Below are positions 1 to 14,059 of a stretch of 64,000 nt of DNA, in pieces. The stretch comes from Octopus vulgaris. Its lineage: Eukaryota. The stretch spans positions 173,476,001 to 173,540,000 of the forward strand of contig OX597815.1 in NCBI GenBank assembly GCA_951406725.2, read 5' to 3'. Below the pieces are notes generated by a model that searched no databases, was not told the DNA's origin, and saw only the letters and a program-made list of their open reading frames with translations. How positions within the stretch are numbered: the stretch's first letter is position 1; each line of letters starts with the position of its first letter. A program made the position numbers and the translations under genes.

Positions 1-3000
1 GTCATACACTGAAAAGCATACAGAAGCTGATGAAGCTGACATTGAAGTCACAGAAAAGGCAAATGAAAACAGGAGAGATGAAAGAGTTATGTTGAGTGTA
101 GAAAGAGGGAAGGAAATTGTAAGTATTATGGGAGATGAGGTAAGTAGTAGTGTAGGAGGTGGTTAAGAGATGATGTGAGTAGTGTGGGAAACAGGTGATG
201 TGGGAGGAAGTGAAGTAGAAGGAAGAGTAGTAAAAACTTGAAGCAAAACTTTGCAGGTCATTTGAAATGAGGAAGGAGGTGAACTGTCACAGATCAAGTG
301 AACTGAGGAATTAGAAAGAAAGCAAGACAGAGTGGGGAGGGTTGAACAAAAGAAAAAAACTTTGATATTCACAAAACAGTGGAGATGGGGGAAGAGGGGC
401 AAAGGGGAAGTTTGAGAAATGGTAAGAATTGAAAAACAAAAATGTCTAGAGAAAGGAAGGCAGGCAGAAAAGTAATATTGGTTTATGATGGTGGGGAAGT
501 GTGGTGAGAAGTGTGCAGGAGGTTGAAATAATGAAAATAGAACCATGAACATGTGCACAAACTGAAAGAAAAAAAAAAGAACTACATTTTTATCAGTATA
601 TTGTATACAGTCAATACATAGCAAATATGTACAGTGAATGTACAAACAGTATGGAATGTATGAATAGAGCAGTATGTATACATATATTAACACACACAAA
701 TATATACTAACACAAGAAAATTTAGGCCAAATAAGAGAAGAGTAGTACGCTGTTAATAAGAACTGCATCTATGATACAGTATGTACAGCTAGAGTGTGTA
801 CTGCCCAGGGTGGCCCTTCAGTTTGCTGCATCTGGGCCCCCACAAAAGATACATATTGCCTACAGCAGACCCAAAAGTGCTGCCCCCCTCTAGCTATGGT
901 GGACCACTCCATCTTCCCCCTCTAGCTAAGCTAGTGATTATGTATAGTGTATGCAAAAACACCATCCAACAATTATGATCTAGTAGCCTATGTATTTACA
1001 GGATGTATAGACACAGTGAATTAGAACACAATATACACAAACACAGGCCATAAGCCAATGTAAACAATTACAGGGTGAAGGGACTGACAGTAAGGGGAAT
1101 AATCAGGTGAGACGAGAATATATTATGGTCATGTAGAGCAGAAGTATCTAGATAAAGACATTGCTTTTGGTGATTGTGTAGGTCGCTTTTGAACCACTGT
1201 ATTGGACAACCCAAACTGGCTGCTCCAACATCTTTGCTTTGTAACTTCTACTTCCTGCCACCCATCCTTACTACTGCCCTTCAGTTTTCAGAGCCCTCAC
1301 TCCTATGCTTCAAAAAGGAAAAATATGTATATGACCTACTCCAGGGGCTCTCAAAAATTTTCTAGCCTATTTATCAGAAGTGAGGTCAACCAAGTTAAAG
1401 CACTCTGCTATAGGTTTTGCAAACTCCTTAAGCATCATTATAAATATTTTTATGAAACATGGCTCCCAAAAGTCAACTTGTTTTGCCCAAGAACAGAGTA
1501 AAACATTTCTTACAAGCTATGAAAATGTTAAAGAACCAAGCATCACTTAAAAATAACTAATAATGATTTATATGTAAAAAAATAATATATATAAAATATA
1601 TTGATACTAATGCAATGGCAATAATTCCATAGTTAGCATTTCACTCCAGAGCATGCAAATTATGCTGTATATTAAAGTTAGGTGAGATGCAGTCAAAGTG
1701 GCAGTTCATACTGACTCTAGGTTTGGGGCCAACGAGACAAGTTATATGAGAATTGAAGGGACAAGTCAGTCAATGAAGTCAAATAGATGAAAGTGTAAGG
1801 TTGGATGTGAGAGTAGGGGTATTACTGACTAGAATAGGGGTTATCAGACAAAGGTCAATGTAACTACAGCCAAGTCGTAGAGCTGAATGTGAAGGGCAAG
1901 GAAATTTGGACTGTGAGAGGATATGTGCATGGCATGATTGAAACAGTATAGCTGTTGAACTAGGCTCAATACATGTGGAATCAATAAAGCATGGGAAGTT
2001 AACCACATAAGTTAAAGACATAACATATTTGAGCTTGATTCGATTAATCACAAGTTTCTATAGCAATAAAAGAAATCAATATTTGGACACTGTGGATAAA
2101 ATCTGATCTTGAGGAAGAAATGCACCAATTTCCAAGTGGTCCAATTTAATAATTAAGAATGAGTTAATGTTTAATTTGCTAACTGAGTGAACAGGACATT
2201 GTATAATTTAACATTTAGTCAATTTCTTTCTTTTCTTTTTTAACATTAGCAACATGTTTTGAATAATATGTTAGAAAAGAAATCTAATATGGATTACTAA
2301 GACTAAAGCTCCACTCATATTTTTAAACAACCATATCAAAACTAAGCTGAAATGAGTTTGAAAGCACATTTAGAAAGTTAGCTGCAGAAAACACTTCTAA
2401 ATTCTATCATAGGGTATCATTTTTTTTACTTCTTTAAAAAAACCTCTCTCGCCAACATTTTTCTTTTCAACAGTGTAAGTTAATGATTTAAAAAGAAAAA
2501 CACTTTTGTTTTTTTTTTTTTTGTTTTTCAGTTAACAGAGCGGCAAATTTCTTAAAAATTTATAGATTTCTATGTTTCATGGAAACCCAGACTCATCTGC
2601 CAGTATAGTGTTTGTTGTGTTAATAGTAATTTGTTACAGAGATGTGGGTCTTAAGAAATTCCAGACATCTGTGAATAGTACCATGATGAATTTAGTGTGC
2701 ATGCCAAGAGAGAAAAAATATAAGGTGGAAGAATTTCTGAATAACTTCAGGGTGCTACCCAGTTTATTACCAGTCAAACAGCTGACTGGGTTTCACAAAG
2801 AGAATTATCAGTATATATTTGCCATGCAGTAAAGTACAAAATAGTAATGATATTTCTGAAAAATGATTTAAGACTTTTTGGATAGGTGTTAAAAAAAGAA
2901 AAGAAACATTAGTGGATTTGTAGAATTGACTTTTGTAAGTATAAAATATGTATAAAAACATACTGCCCTACTGCAATAATAATTTCACCGTTAGTGCTTG

Positions 3001-4289
3001 TGCTGATTCTTCAGAGTGACTTATCTTATTTTCTTTTAATGAACCATAAAAATTTTAAGAAATGAATGTATCAACATAAACTCAAAAAATTCTACATGTA
3101 ACAAAATAGAAGTAGCAAGCCTGAGTATATTCCAAATTCAGCTTTTAGATGTTTTTGTTATTTTTTCTAAAAGTTATTCATTTGTTTTCATTTCTTTTCT
3201 ATACAATACTAAGTGGTAATAACTTTGGAACATATTTTAGTTTCCTAACAGGTGCACTGCTAATATTAAATCAGTTCATAATATCTAAGTCTTAAGAATT
3301 TCAGATTTCACAAATATTTTCTTCTCTTATAAGCACTTAAATCAATATTTTCTTAAATCCAAGTTTTCACCAATTATTCCGTTTCAAAGGTGTCCTTTCA
3401 TTTTTGAAGACAATATGGTAATATATGAGTGAGATTTGGTTACTATTTTTAGCAAATATAAGAGCACTCTTGTTCACTCATTGTTTATTTCAAATCTAGA
3501 TGATAAAGCCCACAAATACTTCGATATTGTTCATTTTTCATGTACAAAACAGTTTTTTTTCTTATTCTGTTTATACAAAGAGATCAGATACTTTTACCAC
3601 CTTTATCTTAAGGCAATCCTCTCAAACCACCCAAGGAAAGATCTACTTCTACAACATTTTTATTGGTTTTTACATACAAAATATCTCTTTATATATGGAG
3701 AAAAATCTATTTATTATCAAAATCAGCAATGATACAAGTTCTATAACTGTTAACACTTTTATGATATTTCAGCTTCACTTTACTTATACGCCAGTAGAGG
3801 GGAAATGCAAAATTATCATTGCAATCAAAAATTGAGCTTGGTTCCTGAAGCAGTGAACTAGAGAACATACAGCTTTTGACATTTGAAACCAAAAGGATTG
3901 CAAAATAGTTACTATAATTCAGTCAATGTGTGCATATTATATATAAGTATGGCATGGCTGCATGGTTTGGATGATTCCACTGTGTGGTACCTGGGTGGAA
4001 CTATGATTGTCTCGGGGGCAATAACTGAAATCTTGTAGAGAGTAATGTTGCAGAATTTCAGGTTTATGTACACACTAATACAATGGGCTTACATACAATA
4101 CCTTTTATTAATTTCATTCACAGAGCATTGGTCAAACCAAAACAATGAAAGAAGATACTTTCTCAAGATACCTGCCAAGCAATGAAATTAAGTGCATGAC
4201 AATGTGGCTGTGAAGTAAGATAAACCACAAAGTCTGCAACTATGCATTTTAGTCATTTTTAAAAATCTCTCTATGATGTTGCTAAAAAT

Positions 4290-4792
4290 GCATGCATAAT
4301 TTTGTTCCATCTTAGTTACCTAAGGATGTAATCCACTACAATCATAAAAAGAAAAGGAGCTAAAGTGTCTCTCTGAAAAATTCTTGTTGTCATTAAGAAA
4401 TCCTCAAGTTGGACAGTCTGATGCTTTGCACAAAGCTTGATGGATTTTTCTACATGATGTTGATGACTTTGACAATCTCATCTATGGAAAATGGCCTTTC
4501 TATTGACACTAATGAATACTTTGGAAAAATCCACAAATGCAACTGATACCTTTTGCTTGGGAGATTCTGAGCTCTTTTGTAAGTTTTTGAAGGGCAACAG
4601 TCCATGGTAATGTTGATCTACCTTTGTAAAAGCTGTTTTGATTCTTTATTAGGAACAATGTGAGGGGAAATGCTATTAGGGTGCATAAAGTTGTAGACAT
4701 TATAGGTGAGAGTGTAATTCTTCTGTAGTTCTGAGGAAGATGGGGATCATCTTTCTTTGGAAGTGGAATAACTGAAGACAACCAAGAAGCAA
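4290..4792 (-). mobile_element. RTE-clade LINE reverse transcriptase relic (inverted 5' segment)
   Basis: Degenerate RT motifs on the minus strand: VIPLPKKDD..QNYRRITLSP, QNSFYKGRST, FVDFSKVF, RDTLAPFLFMIVVDYIL; frameshifted. Confidence 0.8.
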
Positions 4793-5490
4793 TCAAGACA
4801 GAAGCAGTGTCTTTCTAACCTTGATAAGACTGATGATCTTGCTCTCACAGTTCATCAACTGTGTGATGTACATGACTTTAACATCCTTTGAACATACTGG
4901 AGCCAAAGTCCATCTGTTTCTCAATGCAAAGAAGATATGAACATCAATAAAGATAAAAACCAATATGGCAATTTGTTGCAACAATGAGACAACTCAAGGA
5001 AGTCAGTGACTTTAAGTACTTTTGGTCTGATGTTGCTGATAGTAAGAAAGATTCCTATACATGCAAGGAACTATTCTAGAGTACTTGTAACTTGCAGTCA
5101 AGTATTTCAAAATCACCTAAGCATGCCCTCTTCAGAATATGTTGAGAAAGCATTCTTCTCTATGGAGCCAAAACCTGGACAATGAAATGACAGCTTCAAA
5201 TGTGTCTTGATGGTACATACATCAGACTTTTCATGGAAGCACAAAACATCTCATGGTACAGGTGAAAATGCAGCATAGGATTTGTTGGTCACTGATATCA
5301 TGCTGAACAAAAGACCATATTAAGTATTAATAGATCCAAGACCTAAGAAAGATGAAAACCATTCAACTAGATTGAGGTCATTGCCAGAGACACACAACAT
5401 GAATTTGAGGTCCTGTCAAAGCTAATAAGGATCAGTGAGGGACCTGGTGCAGTGTGGTGAGATGCATCTTGCTTATGGCTGCTTCAAGAA
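4793..5490 (+). mobile_element. RTE-clade LINE 3' segment (YADD region to C-terminus)
   Basis: DxxDDLAL near 4823-4845, LFLNAKK, DFKYFWS, ESILLYGAKTWTM, LDGTY, QNISW; many stops. Confidence 0.75.
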
Positions 5491-8400
5491 AAAGGCATTT
5501 CTTTATGCACACTTGACTTAAGGAAGAAACTATAAGTAGTGGAAATGATACATATAATGCACATTGAAATAATTAACAAAAACAAAATCCAAGGAACTTT
5601 TATCAGTGTTAGATTAGGTACATCAGAAAGTAGAAAGTTTTTCACAAGAACAGTGATTGTTAGATAAAGAAAAAATTCAATAGTATATTCAAAGATAAGA
5701 ATGTGAAAAGCAACAATTACACTAAAATATTTCTATAAGGATATATTTCTCTCATTTTACTTTTTGATTATTTTGCAAATTTATATTGTTTACTCATTTC
5801 TAAATTGGGTTACAAATTGTTAGTTTTGATACTACAAATATTTCTAATACTAGTAATGATTCATGATAAAAAAATAAAAACTGCATACAAATACTGCACA
5901 GACAGAAAAATTGCAATTGTAATATAATTAAGAACTGTATGATAAAGAATCCTTTTAAATTCTGTGGTGAAGTGGGTATTTGTCTACATTGTCATAAAGT
6001 GTTGCAATGCAGCATAGCTTTAAACGAGATAAGTAACTATAGAGAAACTTGTTTCTTCAATCAATGTACAATAACAGAAGTATCCAAATGACAACAGTCA
6101 GTAATTCACTAGCATAACACAATGATAAAAGTTATAAATAAACTGGAGAAAGGAGGGGGAGAAGAGCAACAGAAAACGTAAATGCTTGAAATAGTATCTG
6201 AATGGAAATGGGGCTAGGCAGATGTGATTTTTTTTTTATTAATGAAGGGGGAAGGATCTACAAAGAGCAGAAATTGCTGCTTAAGATGATTACTGATAGT
6301 CTCAGATAAAGTGAGAAGAGCTTACAATCTGATTATTAGAATAGAAGCATCAAATACTTCAAAACCAGGTGCAATGAATTATATACACTATCATGAGTAC
6401 ATCACAATAAGGCATAGATTTCTCATAAAATAAACAAACAAGAAAGTGCACATATGTAACTCATTTTAGGATTTGACGATTAGGAAACCAAAATAAAATT
6501 TAAAGCATAACTCACACTTATAAATAGAGATAGTATACTAAAAAAAAAAAAAATGATTAAATCAAAGTAACCAAAGGTAAATTCGATTGTTTATTATTTA
6601 CATTGTGAATAGTCTGAATCTATAATAATATAATTTTAGCTGAATTGTGGACATTTATTAATAATTTGAGTTGGTACAGCTTATTAACTAAAACCAAGTA
6701 GAGTTGTTTCAATTTTAGCCTCTTTCAGTTTTACTGAACGTTATTCAACACAAAGCAAGATAATTAGTCATATCAAAATGAATTGATGGAATCTAGGGCA
6801 ACTAGTTAGTGTTAATATATTTCAGAAGATAACTATTTGCTTACTATTTTTTTTGTAAAGACCATTAAAGTGGAATTCTACAATAAAATTGAGCTGAATT
6901 TTACTTATATAACAGATATTAATAAATAAACTTAATGTCAACATAGAGTGAGGTGGGATTTGAAGTATAGTTAAAAAAGAATATGACTGATTAAACACTT
7001 TTTACAGCATCCTTCAGAAAAAAATTGTGGTTATTAGATTCTTCTTTTTCACTCTTCAAGAAAACAAGTCAAATGGAGAGGGAGGGAGAGAGAGAAGAGG
7101 GTTAGTTATTTGTTGATTTTTACAAACGAGATTTTATCTGTTGCTGCAATTTAATTGGAGCCGTGGCTTCATTACATGACAGTTCTCTAACCAGCTAAAG
7201 AACATTATTTGATTTAAGATGTTTGGATATAGCAAAAAGGAACTTAAATTTCCTCAGACAGAAACCAAGCAGTCACTGGTATGCTAGCGAGAGATGCCAT
7301 AGCTTGAAGCGATGAAACATTTCATTTCACTGCATCTACAATGGAATTTCTTGAAAATAGCTTTGTTTCTTACCATTCCCTCATAACTGTCACTACCACT
7401 ACTATAACAACTAGTAACACCACAACTGCTTTTAACGCTATTTCCATCACCACTATTTTAATCTAGACCTTACATCTAAGACCACCACCACCACCACCAC
7501 CTCCATTATTGTATTTACAAAGTATTCCTTGTTTTATGTCTATCTCCCTGTCTCCCTTCCTCATCCCCAACTACATAATGCTTTATCAACTCTTAATAGA
7601 ACAATAATCAAAATCACTTGTTCCCTTACAACTCTAAAAATTAATTTTCCATGCCTGGGTTAGACAGAATATTTGCTTTTGAACCAAGTTTTATTGTTAG
7701 ATTGCTGTCTTAATGCTATTAACTTTTATAGAATAGATTTTATTGGAATATAATGAATGGGCACCAATGTGTGCCACGGAAATATTCTTATGATAAAAAC
7801 AATTTTTTTTCTACTTTACACTGTAACATAAAAGAAAAGAAGGCAATTGTTGAAATGAGAGACTGTTTGGTCTTAAGCATTAGAGCTGAGCCAAGTCTTC
7901 ATGGATCAATTTGGTTTGTAGTTATTTTCAGTTTTGATAACACACTAATCCCTAATATAGATGCAGTAATTGGTTCAAGGCAAGTTTTAGGTCATTACTA
8001 GAGTAATTTGTCAATCTGCATGTGTGAGATGTCAAGTCATAATTGTTCTTATCTAAACTCATCAACAAAAGTATAAAATAGTTATCTTTCACATTTGCAG
8101 ACATGGAAAAGAGAGGAGTTTGAATAAAACAAATATCTCTTGGAACAGTTTGCACACACACACAAAATTAGTTTAAGTTTGTCCTAAATACATATAAGAA
8201 ATATACAAAATATCTAGTTTAAATACAAAAAAAAAATTAACAACTAGAGTAACCTGTTATAATCTTTAATATCCTGCAAAGATAAATATTTGCTATTTCT
8301 AGTCATGTTAATTAAGAAATCTCCTTCAAAGAGAAGTATTATTTAGGCGATTAATGTATCTATCAAGATACTTAGGATAAAAGTTACAACATAGCTGATT

Positions 8401-8724
8401 CAGCAGAGCAGATGTTCATTGATAGTTCTTAAAAAAAACCCCCTCCTCTACAGTTTTAAAAAGATACGAATGCAGAAGTAGTTTACACTATACTCCACTA
8501 CAAACAGATTATTAGAATAACAACGTTACTTTTGAAAAATACATAAACATTACTCAAGGCTTAAAAGAAATTATGCATTAATATTATGCATTACCAAAAA
8601 GAAGTTACACAAAACATGTGTTCTTCTCATTTTCCTGATAGGTGGAAGAGAGCCAAGTTATAGCAACCTGAAGGGAAAGGTAAATAAATAAACTGTAGGG
8701 ATAAAGCACTTCCCTGGCATATTT

Positions 8725-8796
8725 TTCAGTATTCTTGGTAAGCCAAATGAAGCAACTCATTCAGTATTCTTAGTAAACCAAATGAAGCAACTCATG
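8725..8796. repeat. Tandem duplication, 2 x 36 bp
   Basis: ttcagtattctt(g/a)gtaa(g/a)ccaaatgaagcaactcat occurs twice in tandem. Confidence 0.9.
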
Positions 8797-8867
8797 TTAA
8801 ATAGTTTAATAAAATAATGAAATTTCATTAAAACAATAGTATATTAATTTTGAACTTCGAGAGAAAT

Positions 8868-8910
8868 AACAATAATAATAATAATAATAATAATAATGAT
8901 AATAATAATA

Positions 8911-8945
<35 letters not shown>

Positions 8946-8984
8946 AATAATAATAATGATGATAATAATAATAATAATAATTAT
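8868..8984. repeat. (AAT)n/(GAT)n compound microsatellite
   Basis: Seen directly. Confidence 0.97.
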
Positions 8985-8985
8985 A

Positions 8986-9140
8986 ACCCTTTCTAATATA
9001 GGCACAAGGCCTGGAATTTGTGGGGAGAGGGATAGTCGATTACACTGACCCCAACACTTCACTGGTACTCAACTTATTGACCCCAAAACGATGAAAGGCA
9101 AAGTCAACCTCAGTGTAATTTGAACTCAGAATGTAAAGAC
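8986..9140 (-). mobile_element. SINE-type interspersed repeat fragment
   Basis: The motif gatgaaaggcaaagtcaacctc...atttgaactcagaa recurs degenerately near 31500, 31770, 39660, 58225 and 63150. Confidence 0.65.
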
Positions 9141-10156
9141 AATGATAATAATAATAACAACATCAAAAGTATTCGAGACAATGTTTAAATTTTTTTTTTC
9201 AAATAACCAGTTTTCTGTGCTAAAATCATTTATAAACTGTAAATTCATTTAGAAACTTTCTTTCGTTTCTCACAACCCTCCCCCATAAAAAAAACCCAGT
9301 CAATTACGAATACATTTAGATAATTCCATGTCTATTCTTCTAACCATCATACAATAAGCAGGTGTACAAAGTTAGAGATTTGTGCATGTGGCTAAGGGAG
9401 CTGAATACACTGTTAAAATACAGAACACAAAGTGTGAAAGGGGTTGAAAAAAACCCGTTATATCTATAAAACATATTGAAACCTAAGAAAACCTAGTTAA
9501 TTAGTTATTTCAGAGATAGTAAAACTAAATATTTTGAAGATGAATTAATTATTTCTGATAAGATACAGCAGAATCAACTCATTGATTATAACTATAAAGC
9601 CCAGCATCAGGAAGAGAGAAAAAAGAGACTAAATGATCTGGCCTAAGTAAGATCCTGGCATTTTGCTGGTTGTGTTTTCCTTTGACAGCTTTTTATAATT
9701 TTGTCTTAAGAATATACACTTTACAAGAGTAGTCATAAATATTTAGATATATGTATATTAATTAGTTAAAGATTTAACAGAATTTATATAAAAAAAGAAA
9801 AGACAGCATCTACATAATATATTTCTTGAGATTTATAGAAAATCATAGATACTGACAGAGAAGAAACTATAAAAGCTAAACAGTTTCAAAGTTCAGCTCT
9901 ACTGACTACAGTTTAAGTTCCAAACCAATGATGCATGTTTGGGCTGACCCATGATGTCAGACATTATCTTCCAGTGTTTACTTTGAGACAAAATTATGTT
10001 AGAAATGATAGAATTCCAATCACTCTTCAAATCATCTTTATCTACAATGCTCAGAAAATGACATTACTGATTAAAAAGTTTGTTCCACATAGATAATTTT
10101 CAAAATTTAGACTACAATCCAAATTTATGGTTCACTCAATTCTTTAAAAAAAATAA

Positions 10157-10270
10157 GAGGGAGAGAGAGGGAGGGAGGGAGGAAGAGAGAGAGAGAGGGA
10201 GGGAGGGAGGAAGAGAGAGGGAGGGAGGGAGGAAGAGAGAGAGAGAGAGAGAAAGAAAGAGAGAGAGAGA
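10157..10270. repeat. Polypurine (GA/GGGA)n tract
   Basis: Seen directly. Confidence 0.95.
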
Positions 10271-10439
10271 ATTAAATTTATTGTAAACTTTTTATGTGAC
10301 AGAAAGAGAAAAATGTTTTGTAACAAGGTTGCTAATCCCTATATTCTTGTCAATAAAGCTATAAAGATGAAAAGAATCCAACTGGAAAATAAGAATGCTA
10401 AGGAAGGGTCTATTATAAACATACCTGTAGAGTACAAGG

Positions 10440-11200
10440 AACACTTTAATATAGTTTATTAAGGTCAGTTCCTTTTTGATATGGCTGTGGAGCATTATTT
10501 AACTAGTTACTGGTAATGGAGTTTCATCAAACTTAAACATTCTAAAAATATGTCAAGAAGAAAGTAGATCTGGTTCAGTTCCAGTTAAATGCTAACATGG
10601 TAATGGAATAATGGATAATGGAATAAGCTGTGATAAACCACATAATCCATATGTTGTTAGCTACCATTCACATAGAAGAAAAATCTTCCCATACAGAGAT
10701 AGAAATGTTATATTTGATGTAGGGAAGCAACATGAATTGTTGTTTAGGTTACATTATAATGGAAGCAAGAATAATCTCACCACCACTTAATATATATGTT
10801 CCAGTTTTTGTTAACTGTTGAAAATGGTTACGATGCATTCTGCTGATGGCAGAATAGTTTCAAGTAGGATTGTTATAATGGAAACATTTTAAAATCTTGC
10901 TGTTATAAATGTAGCAAACAGTAGCTAAAATCAACAAACAATAACAGGAGTTTGTTTATGTAGAACTTTTTTATCTTTCAGTTTGTTGCTTATAATATTT
11001 AATCTATGATGAAACATGCTGCTACACTATCAAATAAACAAAGACAGACACCTAATTCTTTATAATGTTATCTTCTGCCAACAAAGACATATGCAGTTGA
11101 ACTTCGACAACCATAACGAGACATGTTCATATATTACAGGAGTAGACATCCAATAAATGGAAATGTTTTATCCAATGATATATCTTCCCATTTCTTTTTG
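10440..11200 (-). mobile_element. Highly decayed mariner-like transposase relic
   Basis: Weak residual motifs on the minus strand (HP.YS and PDL..Y.L-like near 10540-10640; CxSLL near 11080). Confidence 0.3.
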
Positions 11201-11419
11201 CATTTAAAAAAAAAACTCCACAAAGATAACAAAAACAATTTTAGAACTATCTTCAATGTTCTAAACTAAAAACAGTTATCAAAGAAATTAATGAAACCCA
11301 AGTGAAAGATACACAAAATAACAGCACAATTGTCCTAAAAGTAGACAAAAAAATTTAAACAAATACACTTTTGTGTGCTCTCTCTCTCTCTCTCTCACAC
11401 GCACACACACACACACAAG

Positions 11420-11820
11420 GATTTTGACATCCTTATCACCATTCTGAGTCAGACAGAATTTGTTGAGGCAGATTTTCAATGGACAGATGCCCTTTCTGCC
11501 AGTAACCATCACCTGTTTCCAAGAAACAATATTTTCCCATAGATTAACATATTTTCTTGGGAGATTGAAGAAGGACACTACTTGAATGACAGTGATGATT
11601 ATTTGCAATTATCACATGTCAAGAAAAGGGGACAAACTCTCACGCCTATGCACATGCACTCACACCACATATGGTGGGTTTATTTCAGTTTCCTTCTACC
11701 AATTCATGTGGTATTGGTTGACCTAGAGCTATAGTAGGAGACAACTGCTCAAGGTGTCATGCTATGGGACTGAACCCAAAGTCACTTGATTATAAAGCAA
11801 TTTTGGTAATCACACGCTAT
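11420..11820 (-). mobile_element. tRNA-derived SINE (decayed)
   Basis: B-box-like gggactgaaccc at 11766-11777; body shared with copies at 20140-20307 and 59055-60725. Confidence 0.7.
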
Positions 11821-12252
11821 GCTTAAACTCTTAAAAAATTAATGTACTTGAGACAATTAAAAGCTACATGTTTTGTTTAGATATATATCACAAGTTAACT
11901 TTTTATGGAATAAAATTTTTCAAGTGGCTTGTATTTATACTATATTCAACAAAATTAAGAAACACTAATATCATAACAGTTTTTGTACGCCAGGATAATA
12001 CCCATGGTAATTCTTACAAGCAGAATCTAAATATGTTATCATTCTTCACCATTCTGTCTTATATTGTAAAATCACAATGTAGTCTTAAGCTCATGTTTTT
12101 ATTGTCTTGAAATTTCTAAATAGCATCATACCCTACTCCATTATCTGTATAGGTGACTCAGTTAAGAGACTGACTGAGCAACATTGTTATGGTATCTTTA
12201 TCTTCCTCTTTTGGTTTTCTTTTCCATGGAGGTAGCCTAATTTCATACTAGT

Positions 12253-12556
12253 GGAGGTACATGGCTTAGTGGTTAGAGCAGCGGACTCGTGGTCGAGGGA
12301 TCGCGGGTTTGAATCTCAAACCGGGCGATGTGTGTGTTTATGAGCGAAACACCTAAGCTCCACGCAGATCCAGCAGAAGGTAATGGTGAACTTCTGCTAA
12401 CTCTTTTGCCACAACTTTCTCTCACTCTTTCCTCCTACACCTTGCAGCTCACCAGTGACAGACCGGCGTCCCATCCAGGTGGGGAACCTATACGCCAAGA
12501 AAACCGGGAAATCAGCCCTTATAAGCCAGGCGTGGCTCGAGAAGGAACAAACAACA
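12253..12556 (+). mobile_element. tRNA-derived SINE, relatively young
   Basis: A box tggcttagtgg, B-box-like ggtttgaatctc, GC-rich body, (AAC)n-like tail. Confidence 0.8.
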
Positions 12557-13449
12557 ATTTCATACTGCTTTCTTTTCTGATTGAACTGTGCAGTTAGAAG
12601 TTTGTACTTTCTAGATTCATCTATGAATAGTTGAATAATACTCAAAATTGATTCATGATAAACTGCTCAGTTGGTTGTCTTCTTAACATAATTTAACGAT
12701 GTTATGAGTACAATATGTAGTTTAAGGTCCAAAATGTAGTTTAAATTATAAATCCAATTCTTATGCAGAATTATGTATCTTAGAACAGTAATTTAGTGCT
12801 TCAACAGTTATGTAACTCTTTAAATTTTTTCTCCATAGAAATACCAACTTGGAGGATGCTACTTTGTTGAATAATTTCATAGTAAAGCTTTATGTTTTGA
12901 TGAATTGAAAAAGCTAGAACCAAAGTCTGAACAAATAAACAAATGTTCTTTTTGAATTAGGGTGCAGTAACTAGATAAGAGTTTTAAATATTTACATCCA
13001 TGGTACATAACGAAAAAAAAAAAACTTGCAAAATTTCTAAAACTACCAATAACTTTCTCCAAATTACGATTGGCCACACCATTTCTTAAAAATGTATCCA
13101 AACAAGTCAAAAGTTTTCTCTACTATTCTGCTTTTGTTATCCATTACAGTTTAAGAAGTACACAATGTAAACTACATCTAATGTATTTAATCTTGACTTT
13201 CCCCCAGTTATTTATCTTCCCTTTCAATTTGTTTGGAAAGTTTTGTGGTATATAATCAAATGATTTTTCTCAAGTAACTTAGTGGTTTGGCAAAAAGGGT
13301 TTAATAGATTAAGTACTGAAGGTGATTTACTTGACTAAAATCTTCAAGGTATTGCTCCAGCATAACCACAGACAAATAACTGAAACAGGTAAAAGAAAGT
13401 TTTGGACTGAAAAATGAAAAAAATTCCCAAAGTATTAAAATGGAGAAGT

Positions 13450-13720
13450 GAGAATGCATGGCCTAGTGGTTAGGGTGTTGCACTCAAAATCGTGAAATCA
13501 TGGTTTTCAATTCCTAGACGAGGTGGTGCATTATGTTCTTGAGCAAAACACTTAATCTCATATTGCTCTGTGATCACTTTGATGTGTGGTAGGCCATGAT
13601 CGGACAACATTGATTTGATGGATGGAGTCAACTAATGTTTGGTACATACATTTGATCACTATAAACAAATAATTTGTGAAGGTCATTCAGCAAAAAGCTG
13701 AATGCTCCATCACTGAAAAT
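13450..13720 (+). mobile_element. tRNA-derived SINE
   Basis: A box tggcctagtgg, B-box-like ggttttcaattcc, and a ttgagcaaaacactt core similar to the 12253 copy. Confidence 0.7.
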
Positions 13721-14059
13721 GACTATAAATCTTCCTCAACATATTTCAATATACAATAATACTAAATCTTTGGAGGTTTCTTTGGGTTAATGTAACAACC
13801 AAACATTGTAATTGGTAAATTCAAGCTTGAATCTATATTTTTCTGAAGGCTTTTTAGTTACAGCTGAAGAAGTACTAAGCTTATACAAAGTCATGTTGTT
13901 TAGCTAGAGGACAACCCTAAAACATTCAGCTTCAGGACAAACTCGACTGAGTAAACATATGAACAAATAACATCTTGTTAATGTTCATCCCATCTTTTCT
14001 GAGACATAGTGTACTTTGAAATACATTATGCAGTGTATCCTTTCTCTTTATAAGATGGT

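Noticed and set aside
163-768. Longest ORF in the window (201 aa, minus strand)
   Set aside because: Low-complexity F/S/P/Y translation of a purine-rich tract; no recognisable domain or splice structure.
1202-1501. ORF faintly resembling a Penelope RT C-terminal region
   Set aside because: Similarity too weak to support by eye; no diagnostic motif.
7100-7380. CpG-containing unique segment with a minus-strand ggtaag donor-like site
   Set aside because: No open frame resembling dystrophin and no matching acceptor; conservation cannot be assessed here.
8844-9062. Poly-Ile 'membrane protein' ORF
   Set aside because: Translation of the (AAT/GAT)n microsatellite plus a SINE fragment.
12253-12330. 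tRNA-like sequence (also at 13450, 20230-20308 and 33418)
   Set aside because: A/B boxes are present, but these are SINE heads followed by SINE bodies; no complete cloverleaf.
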